From assembly GCA_951406725.2 (NCBI GenBank), contig OX597834.1:43152001-43216000 (forward strand): a stretch of DNA of 64,000 nucleotides. The letters run 5' to 3'. Shown one piece after another: positions 53,230 through 64,000 of this stretch. Below the pieces are notes generated by a model. It was not told where the DNA came from and searched no databases. It saw only the letters and a program-made list of their open reading frames with translations. A program made the translations under genes and the position numbers. Source of the DNA: Octopus vulgaris. Taxonomy: Eukaryota. Positions within the stretch are counted from its first letter, which is position 1, and each line of letters opens with the position of its first letter.

Positions 53230-53535
53230 TTCACGACAGAGACTAATCAGAATGACTTACCGATCTTAAATATTCGACTAAAAATATGCGACTACAGAGC
53301 AACAGCGGATATATATAACAAACCAAAAACAGGCACAACCGCAATATTTGAAATTATGCTCTTAACAATCTTTTCACATCAAACAGGGCATTCCATATAG
53401 TATGGCTAGACGTATAGTAGTTGACCCCAAAATACATCATATTCACCTCAATGGGTTGCTTAAAGGGTTGCTCAAGAAAGAAACAAAAATGCAGGATTGC
53501 CCCTTGAATTTAATAAATAATGGAATTATAAAAGA
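53230..53535 (+). pseudogene. Penelope-like reverse transcriptase remnant (late RT and thumb region)
   Basis: Frameshifted pieces FTTETNQNDLPILNIRLK / TADIYNKPK / QYLKLCS*QSFHIKQGIPYSMARRIVVDPK / QDCPLNLINNGIIK match PLE motifs FT.E....LPFLD, TDIY.KPT, YL..S.HP.H.K..IPYS.ARRI, YP..LI..GI. Confidence 0.75.
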
Positions 53536-53549
53536 AAATTTTATAAATT

Positions 53550-53932
53550 CAGGTGTTCTGATCTCAGTATAATAACTTGACTTTGTCTTTCAACATTTCT
53601 GGGTTGATAAAATAAGTACCAATTCAGCACTGGGGGTCGTTGTAAACGATTTCAACCCTCCTCTGAAATTGCTGGCCTTCTATCAGAAATTTGAAGTCAA
53701 TATATTTCTTTGATAAGGCAGCGAGCGGGCAGAGTCGTTCGCAGCCCGGGAAACTTGCTTAGCGGCGTTTCGTCCATTTATACGTTCTGGGTTCAAATGC
53801 CGCCGAGGTCGACTTTACTTTTAATCATTTCGGGGTCGATGAATTAAGTACCAATTGAGAACTGCGATCAATGTAATCACCTTACCACCTCCCTCGACAT
53901 CGCTGTCCTTGTGCCAAAATTTGAAACGAATA
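53550..53932 (+). mobile_element. Two tandem SINE family A copies
   Basis: 53550-53700 and 53715-53932 with conserved centre GGGTCGAT.AA.TAAGTACC. Confidence 0.8.
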
Positions 53933-54526
53933 TATTACCTTTAGAACGAATGCTCTTCCAGGTCAGGGAAAAACTGGGCACTGGAGTACTATTGATTCCT
54001 ACAGTAGAAGTAGCGTCTGTGAATCGAGACATCGAATATTCGCGTATGTTACCATGAAGATATTTAGGAATATTTAAAAGTTATCATTATTCCTTATCTT
54101 AATTCAACCGTGGTTTAAAATGAATGACATATATCACTGAAAAATTGACATTTCGTACAATCGTAAGTTAATTATAATAATTATCAGCCAAATATTATGG
54201 AAATGTTAGAGTGTAAGAGAGGAGTCATACAATTATAGGTTTGAAGCCGGTATTAATGCTTAAGAAACTACGAATTCGAGGTTGAATAATAATTCTGTGC
54301 TTAGCGCCAACAATTATATGGTGTGTTCACTTATTGTATAGCCATTGACTTCGTTTCTCATACAACGCAGAGAGAGTTATTGAATAATATCGGCCACTGA
54401 AGTTAGTCGAATACGAAGGAAAACACACCAACACACACACGCACACATTTATCTATTTATTTATCTGGCACAAATATCATCGCATAACAGACTTAAAAAG
54501 AAATAGCAAAATGAAGTGAACGAACG

Positions 54527-54598
<72 letters not shown>

Positions 54599-54990
54599 TT
54601 ATATGTATATAGCTTTATATTCCGACGAAATGGCTTCTGTGCAGTTAGCCATTCAGTCTGCTAGACATAGCTGATGTCGAATGTCTTCGTAGAAGCGGCC
54701 CCTACACATCTGAAAGACAGAACATACATGAGAATGTAGTCCCAGCGACTCTGTCTGTAAAAGGCCCGATTCGAAACTAAAAATGTAAACAGTAGATAAA
54801 TAATTTATCTATAATCTACATATGAATTAAACTAAACAAAAACGCAAGCGCACACATACACATGCATATATATATATGAACATGCACACACATATGTAAA
54901 TACATAAGGCGGTACCATGACCAATGAAATGTATCTGAGGCGCAGCTGTTGCTACTTGAAAACTATACACGCCTACATACACACAACACA

Positions 54991-55062
<72 letters not shown>

Positions 55063-55206
55063 CAATAAAATATATAGCATGATTATATCTATCTACTTAT
55101 CTATCCATCTATCCAACCATCCCTCCATCCATCTATCTATCTATCTAGCTAGCTATCTATCTAGCTAGCAAGCTGTCTGCCAATCTGTCTATACAATATA
55201 TGTATG

Positions 55207-55253
<47 letters not shown>

Positions 55254-55882
55254 ACATAAACATTCACACATACATACATACATACATACATAAATACGTA
55301 CATATATACCCATGCATGTGTGTTTCTGAGTGTATGTTCGTGTCTGCTTCTATATAATTATGTACGCATTAGACACATAGATACCTATTCTTAGATTATA
55401 GGTATGCAATTATTATGAAATAGTTTACACGTTATGCTTCATTAAATAACGATTTCAAATGACATTCTTTCTCAATATAAAACAAAGTAAGCAAAATTTT
55501 ATAAACACTGGTTCCTTTTTTACATTTTATTCAGTTTTGTTATTATATAATTTGTCAGCTTTTTACGCTTTTTATTCCATATATATTTAGATATCTTGTG
55601 TAAGTTTTATTTCTTCTTCTGATCATAAATTGAATTATCTTAATATTGTATAACAGCTTGCAGTTGTGCCAGAAATTTAGTATTGGAAATCAAATTAAAA
55701 CACTTATTTGCAAAATTCTTCACTAGAAGAGAAAACGATTGAGGATAAATGTCACAGAGATTCTAAAAGGAGAACTCTTCACGTTAGCTACCCTGACTTA
55801 TCATTCATTATGGTATATACGATATCGCGGCGAAACAATATATATAGTTGTGTAAGTGTGTGTGTATACTAGTGCATATTCC

Positions 55883-56580
<698 letters not shown>

Positions 56581-57677
56581 ACAGTATAATGCAGGTGTGT
56601 ATGTATCTGTGTATAATTCTGCATTCACATAAATTTTTGCATCTGTGCGCATGTATGAACGTTTGTGCCTTTGAATCTGTGTGCGTGCGTTGGCTTAAAG
56701 AGACAAAGTTCTGAAAGTTATCAGAAAGTAAGAAAGAAGAAAATATAAAAAAAATTAATAAAAACATGTATGCGGATTTTGAAATCAAATTAAAGCTGGT
56801 ATCTCCAAGAATGTCAAGGAATTATTTTCACACCTATTTTCGACGTGATGAAATAATAAAACAGAAAGACGTTATACTCTGCAGCTATTTAGGCATCGTT
56901 TACTCCAACCAATACAATTGATTGATATGAAATAAAAAAAATAATTCTAATGTTGCACAATAAAATTATTATTGTTATTTTATTCAATGAAATATAAACT
57001 GTCCTTTTCAGAATAACAATTTTACACATCCATACATACGTCATACGTACTCTTTACAAATTTACACAGACACACACACACACACACACGCTCACATACA
57101 CAAGCACACACACATACGCACACACACAGGCACACGCAAACACACATATATACATATATACACACATATATACATGAACACACAAATACTCACAAGCATG
57201 CACACACACACACACGTATGTAAAAACAGACAGATAGAGAGCTAGACAGACAGATAGATGTGTAAACATTTTTAGCGTAGCTTCTGCGCAAGTTGAAAGT
57301 TAAAGCCTAAGGACTATGACATTTTACTATCTTCTGTGAATCTAAAACGATAGAAAAATTATAGGTCAAAAACGGTAAGATTTTTGGGGCCTGGAGCTAG
57401 GAATTCGAAAATAAATTACAGATGCCCGTACACACATTCGTGCATAGATAAATTCATAAATGTATGTGTGTCTCTGCGTACGCATATAAGACTAAGAAAT
57501 GTAATTGTGCAGATAGGATGCTATATTCGGAATTCTATATACAAAATACAAATAGTTGAATCACTTGTTATTGCATTTTGCCTGTAAATGTATGTACACA
57601 ACAACTGATAAATATATGCATGCGCATATATGTAAATATATATATACACACATATATATATATATACATATATATAC

Positions 57678-57785
<108 letters not shown>

Positions 57786-58739
57786 TAAAATTATAATTTA
57801 GGGTATCTAAGAGATACCACAACGCTGGAAATAGTAGCGAAAACTTTACTCTGATAGCACACTAAATGTTCATACAGCACCATATGATGAATTTGTATGA
57901 ATTTTGTATTTAGAATACAAACCTTTTCGGCAATGCAGAGATTACATTTCTTCGTACACACAAATTTGCTTTTCTTCCTTCTTTGATTAAGCATCACAAA
58001 TAAACAATAATTCGAGACGTAAAAGTCATCCGTCATTAGCGTCATTTCTCTTCCAAAACCGTCTGACAAATTCGTTCAAAATTTTTATTTACAATACAAA
58101 ACTTCTACAAATGCAGGGATTAAATTTCTTTATAAATACAAAATTATTTGTCTTCGTTGTTTTATTGACCAATATATCTATTACGCCCACCTTTTTTTCA
58201 CCTTCTTCGTATGAACGACCACCTTCATTTCGCCTCCATATAAATCTATACGGGATTATATTATCGCATTCAATCATTCTTTATTTCTTGGTCATTTAAC
58301 TTAGTGACGCATAAAATTGACATCAAAATTTCTCAGTTTTACGTAATTCTTTTATTCTTGTTAGGGTTATGTTTTAGTTCAGTTTAATATTTTTATGTTT
58401 CAAGAGACATTAACCTTAAAATGCTGTCTTCAAAAGGAAATGCGATATATATTAGACTAGCTCGAACAAAGAATTGTAAGTGTCGAAAAATCATGCGATG
58501 CCTGATTTAAACTTGTTTAATATCGTATTGTTCTTTCCATAATCATTTACTCAATTGTTAATAATCTTTTCTGTCTATTTCGCATTTGTTGGAAATAGTA
58601 TTCTTTAATTCAATTTAAAGAAGCAATCACTGAATCACAGCAAAACGAGAGGGACAAGGTGGTACCAATGCTTGTCAAGGTATATCACGAGAGATGTGCT
58701 TCCGTGCATGTGTATTGAAACGCACATACTCATGTATAG

Positions 58740-58814
<75 letters not shown>

Positions 58815-59407
58815 ATATTTATGAATACATTCACACACATATACAGCATTCATACACATACACACAGATGTATATACGTGTATATATGCCTAATATATAC
58901 ATATATATTTCATTGTGGAACTATTTGAAAACACAACCCTGCTTGCGCCATTCTATAGATATTTACTGTAGCTGTACAGAAATGCAAAGCTGAAATATAT
59001 TTCTCATCCAGTGGAATGGTCATGCTACTGCATTGGGTCAGTTCGGTTAGAGAGTATAATGAATATTTAATAAAATTAATCGTTTTTCAACTTGATAGTA
59101 GAGCTGCGATTTCTGAAGTTTTCGAGCGACTGTAATTGAAATTATCATTATTTCTTACTAAAGATATTTTCAACTACATGCAAACACAATATACACATAC
59201 AAGCGTATATGCATATGCACATACGTGCATACATACGTACATACATACACACATACCTATACATGCATATAAGCATACAAGCATAAATGCATGAATATAT
59301 TTACAGTTATTCTTATGTGTTGTATATATGTGTGTGTATGTGTGTGTGTGTGTGTGTTTGTGTGTATGTGTGTGTGTGCGTATCTATGTACTTATATATA
59401 CATATAT

Positions 59408-59575
59408 GAACTGATCGGCGAGGTTGCCCCGTGCCGAGTCAGCTCCGCTGGCCAGAGCATTTCCTCCACTCTCCTCCCGCTCTCACCATTCTCCTCCATG
59501 TTGTTTCAAACATCTTTCTTAAGTTAACTCCCCACCTAACTGGAGGTCTTTCGAGTGGTATCTTCCGTTCGCACG
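59408..59575 (-). mobile_element. RTE-clade LINE 3' end fragment
   Basis: Reverse complement translates CERKIPLERPPVRWGVNLRKMFETTWRRMVRAGGEWRKCSGQRS* (KR..GRP..RW...W...A..R..W pattern). Confidence 0.7.
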
Positions 59576-59582
59576 GGTATAA

Positions 59583-59583
<1 letters not shown>

Positions 59584-59613
<30 letters not shown>

Positions 59614-59718
59614 TGTTTGTATGTATGTATGTATGTATGTATGTATGCGTGTATGTATGTATGTATGTATGTATGTATGTATGTATGTATGTATGTATGT
59701 ATGTATGTATGTATGTAT
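59584..59718. repeat. (TATG)n microsatellite
   Basis: Directly visible. Confidence 0.95.
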
Positions 59719-59719
59719 T

Positions 59720-60148
59720 AGCATGAAAGATAGTGGGATCCCTAAGCAGATGCTATGTGGAGAACTTGTGCAGAGAAAGAGACCCCGGCAGAAACCAAAG
59801 CTGCGATTGAAGAACTGTGTCAAGTCCTCATTAAAGGACTGTGATATACAGGAGACTGACTGGGAGTACAATGCCTGTCATCGCCTCAGATGGAGAAAGC
59901 AGGTTAAGGAGGGGCTCGACACTTTTGAGAGCATGGAGAACTTAAACGTGCTGCACGAAAACGCACTGCTAGTGTAGTGAATGGGGAAAGCTGGGTCTGC
60001 AATATTTACAGTCCTGTTTGCTTGTTCAGGGCAGGACTCATTAGCCACCAACGGAGCCTCAAATGCAAAATATAATTTAGTCCTAGAACGTACAATGTTC
60101 CTGATGGTCAGCAATGGTCTTCCTCGGACACGAGTGGACGTCCTTCAT
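59720..60148 (+). mobile_element. RTE-clade LINE 3' end (ORF C-terminus, degenerate zinc finger, 3' UTR)
   Basis: MKDSGIPKQMLCGELVQRKRPRQKPKLRLKNCVKSSLKDCDIQETDWEYNACHRLRWRKQVKEGLDTFE, then after a frameshift WVCNIYSPVCLFRAGLISHQRS; short UTR ending TGGTCTTCCTCGGACACGAGTGGACG. Confidence 0.85.
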
Positions 60149-60536
60149 CTGTATTTATATACGATAAGTGAGGCTTGTTCTCAAAGTTGTATGTATATGT
60201 ATAGGTAATTCTGTGTGACTGTATGTCCGCGTATAGATGCATGTGTGTATATATGCCTGCATATCTGCCTGTCTGTTTATCTGTATGTATGCATGTACGT
60301 ACGAATGATTGAATACATTCTCTCCAAAAGTTGTCAGTTTTTTCTCATAATCTCTTGCCGTCAAATGTCTCGTATACAGCACTTTAGATCCTAATATCTG
60401 TAAAATCTCTTTATAAGCATATGTGCGTGCGTGCGTACGGGTGTGTGTAAATGTATGTAAGTGTATGTATACAAATCTCTCCCACTATACGTATATATGC
60501 ACATATATATGTTTGCGTGCGTATACCTATATATAG

Positions 60537-60583
<47 letters not shown>

Positions 60584-61529
60584 CATGTATGTATGTAGGT
60601 ATGTATATCTATATATGAGTGTGTGTGAGTGTGTGTGTGTGTGTATATTTGAGTGAGTCTGTGCATGTATTTATTAATATGTATATATTTATTATTCTCT
60701 TCCTCTCCCTTTCTCTCTCTCTCTCTACATACACACACGAATATACACGTAGACACACGTGCACCGGTGTGTCAGCACGCGTGCGCGCATGTGCGTTGAA
60801 ATGTGTCATTGCATCTATGTGTATGTGTTTGTGTATGTGCATGCTTGGGTGTGTGCTGTGTACGTGCAAGTGTATGTGTGTGTGTTTGTGCGTGTGTGTC
60901 ACCCGTTTACAGTATCGTATGTAAGACAAATTGATCCGGTAAGAAAGAGACTAGTAGACTTAGCCGGATATATGTAATATGATGTAAATATATCTGCAAA
61001 CTAAACATTGAGATCGATGTATAACTAACGTATCTCCTTTTTTTTTTTTACCATATCTTAATGCTTTATATTCGTAAGTCCTTCTTTAGCCCTTCAGCCA
61101 TTCTATCAGATATCGTCAGTACTTATACAAACAACAAGACTATTACCAAAAACACACAAAAAAAAAAAAAAACAATCAGCCTGAAAAGTACGGATCATGT
61201 GACATAGAGAAAGCAAAGCATTAAGATAGATGAGACGGAACGAAAGGTGACAGTGTGGAAACAGAACTCGAGTTATCCGCCCCTTACTTCCCACAACCAA
61301 CATGTCTGTCATTAGTAAACTGGCAGGAACTATAAGATTTCAATCTTCCCTCCGGCAGAATAAATGTTATAAACTTACTATGCATCATTATTTGCATTAT
61401 TGGTAATTCTATGGTGTTGGAGAAGTGCAGTGTTCGAATGACTAGAGCAGAAAAGTAAGATTTATATCCGAAGAAAGCGAGACAGCTGCAGATTTCTTGT
61501 GAATCGCTACACTGTGGTTCGATTGTCTC

Positions 61530-62020
61530 CGTCTTTGACCGGCACTGTATATTATCGTGCTCGAAAGAGAAGTAGATGGAGTCGAAACCACGAACCAGTG
61601 GAGTTTCAACTTAGAATATAATATAAAGTCGGACGAAATGACGCTAAGCATTTGGACCGGCTTGCTTAACATTCTCCCAGCTCGCCGTCCCCAAATAGCG
61701 AGGCACAAGGCCACGACCCCAGTACTTACCTAGTAATTTATTTATCGACCTCGAAATGATGAAAGGTGACGTCGACGTTGGCAAAATTTGATCTCAGAAC
61801 GCAAATGTGGACTAAATGGCGCCAATCATTGTGCCCGGCGTTCTAACGATTCTGCCAGCTCGGTGCCATTAATGATAATCCTTCCTGCTATATTTTTGAA
61901 AATTTGTGGGAAGGGACGGTCGATTACATAGTCCCCAGTGTTTCACTGCTACTGAATTTATCGACCCCGAAGCATTGAAACGCAAAGTCAACTTCAGCAG
62001 AACTCGAACCCAGAACGTAT
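61530..62020 (-). mobile_element. Cluster of three degenerate SINE family A copies
   Basis: Repeated TTTATCGACC.CGAA, GA.C.CAGAACG and CCAGCTCG motifs. Confidence 0.75.
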
Positions 62021-62236
62021 ATACGTCATATCTTTTAGATAGAGGTCTTACTTAAGTGTTAGCCCCGCCATTCGATATTAATTCCTTTGGGTTTACATGT
62101 GTATCATACCTATCTGTTTTATCTGCCCCTACATGCCTTTCGAGCATCACGTAATTTGTTGTGATTTCATGCTTCAGAATATAAAAAAATTTCCTTAGTA
62201 AAACATGCCAATACACCGCTTGTTTGTCATTTTCTG

Positions 62237-62890
62237 TTGGGTTGTCCGGAAAGTCCGGTTTTTAAGGAAAGACAAAGGTCAATAAATACTTGCCATTACA
62301 TTTTTAATCAACCAAATATGAAACATTTTGTTGCCCAATGCGTCTTCATCTTCCCTTTAACTTGAAAATACCCTCTCCCCAGAATTGAGGTGGTCTCATA
62401 GCAAAGAATTCATCAGGGTATCTTTTTACGTCATCCAAGTTGAAATTTTTACCATTAAGACTATTCTGCAAAGACTTGAATAAGCGGAAATCCGAAGGCA
62501 TGACTTAATACTCATTCTATTAATAGCAAATTTTAATATGACTAGACGTGGTACAGAGGTTCCCTGAATAAGCATGGAATAATAGGAGCAATATCTGGTG
62601 AATATGGAGGGTGGGGTAACACACCCCAGCCGAGCTGCAGCAATTTTTGTCTGGTTCTCAAAGCATCAAGTGCCGAAAATGAACTTTCTTATCTTCCATT
62701 TTAAAAGGTTACAGAATCAACACAGTTTATAGGAACATAAATCATCTTCCACGAAAAGATGGCTTAAACTCTATTCTAAATGGAGGTGTAATCGAATCCT
62801 ATGTTATGTATGTTATGGACTCAGCCATGTTCTAAAATAAGTCGAAAGGTAAGCTACTATAAATCGCCACGAACTTTCCGGACAACCCAA
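62237..62890 (-). mobile_element. Internally deleted mariner (Tc1/mariner) transposon
   Basis: TIRs TTGGGTTGTCCGGAAAGT / ACTTTCCGGACAACCCAA plus TA; transposase remnants MEDKKVHFRHLML, LRTRQKLLQLGWGVLPHPPYSPDIA and PSDFRLFKSLQNSLNGKNFNLDDVKRYPDEFFAMRPPQFWGEGIFKLKGR*RRIGQQNVSYLVD*. Confidence 0.92.
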
Positions 62891-63202
62891 TATTTCATTC
62901 ATATTATTGTAGCAGTGAGCATTTCTTGAAATATGCAGTCATGTCCTCCCGTTGATAAATAGAGAAATTGTTTTAAACAGAGAAACATTTCACTATTTCT
63001 CTGTTCCTTTCATCCTGTTTAATTTTCATGGTTTTGCATCCTTGGCCATCAGTAAACGAATTCCTTATATGTGGCTATTGTCCAACACTTATGATGCTTT
63101 CTACGCATTACTCTTTCTCTCTCTCCCTCTCTCTCTCTGCCTCTCTATGTCTGTCTGTCTGTCTCTCTCTCTCTGTAAATTTTCAGACATTCATTTAAGT
63201 TA

Positions 63203-63290
63203 TATTATTCCATGCTTATTCAGGGAACCACTGTACCACGTCTAGTCATGTTAAAATTTGCTATTAATAGATTGAGTATTAATTCATGCC
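63203..63290. repeat. 88-bp sequence whose reverse complement is inserted in the neighbouring mariner (62499-62583)
   Basis: TATTATTCCATGCTTATTCAGGGAACCACTGTACCACGTCTAGTCATG...AATTCATGCC versus 62497-62584, with few mismatches. Confidence 0.9.
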
Positions 63291-64000
63291 AATGAGAAAT
63301 AATAAGGTCGAACATGTTTAGAATTGTGACATTATTACGAGCATTTCTTTCTCAGTGTATTCCAATTTTTAAATCAATTTTAATTTAAATTACATTGCGA
63401 TCTGCTTTCTCCTGTCGAAGATTAATTATTCGTTTCGTAAAACAAATTTTTCTCATCACTACTGTATGAAATTTTAATTAAACAAAAATCACTTTCTACA
63501 TTTAATATGTATACTTTAGCATTACTACATGTTTTCTATGCAGCAGGCGTCTCCTGGTATTTTTCTCCAGTCGTTCTGAAATATGTCTATGAGTTGGTCT
63601 CCTCGACAGTTTTGGAATTCACTGTGAATACAAAGTTAATAAGAAACAATTACACTGTATGTTCACTAACGAGATTCTATTAATAATCTTTGAGGTGAAA
63701 GCCAAATTGCAGCTATTGAATACAATTTTTTCCTTTATAATCTCTCGACTTTTCTTGTATAAATTCCCAGGATTATATAATAATGATCAGCTATACATCT
63801 TTATTTTTATCTGCTGGTGGCATCAGAAGAGAAGTGAAAAGAGAAAAAAAATTACAAAACATGCATGCGATATATTTTGTTTTCATTTCCTTAGTTTCTC
63901 TGCTTAGTGATGTTACACATGCGCAGTGGGTATTGTTGTGAAGCTCAAAGGAGGAGAACTATGAGCTGAATATTAGTGACGTTGCAGACAATATCCGTGG

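Noticed and set aside
59555-59977. 140-aa ORF as a host gene
   Set aside because: A chimera of a TATG repeat and an RTE LINE C-terminus.
62499-63290. Separate transposon with 88-bp TIRs
   Set aside because: The mariner reading frame is colinear across the left arm, so a templated insertion is the simpler explanation.

Overview
This is AT-rich eukaryotic genomic DNA, almost certainly intronic or intergenic. The repeat families resemble those I recall from octopus (cephalopod) genomes; that is an inference, with no database check. Nearly all ORFs in the six-frame track are artefacts of microsatellites (TA, CA, TATC, TATG, AAT, TAG, GAT). The window is a mosaic of mobile-element relics. These include at least four tRNA-derived SINE families with interchangeable bodies and 3' tails, and 3' remnants of CR1-, RTE-, R4/Dong- and possibly L1/Tx1-type LINEs. 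Penelope-like remnants (GIY-YIG and RT fragments) are present, and their terminal repeats carry minimal hammerhead-ribozyme motifs. There is also a non-autonomous Helitron, mariner and pogo derivatives, and two tRNA pseudogenes. No complete protein-coding gene can be supported; a few candidate exons (a possible minus-strand Cys-loop-receptor-like 5' end) are low confidence. The most notable observations are hammerhead motifs with apparently compensatory stem changes, two SINE-LINE shared-tail pairs visible in one window, a (TAA)n-flanked non-coding element next to a Dong/R4 3' end, and a locally templated inverted insertion splitting a mariner catalytic motif. I found no convincing wholly new system. 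Family letters A-E are my own working labels, and repeat boundaries are approximate.
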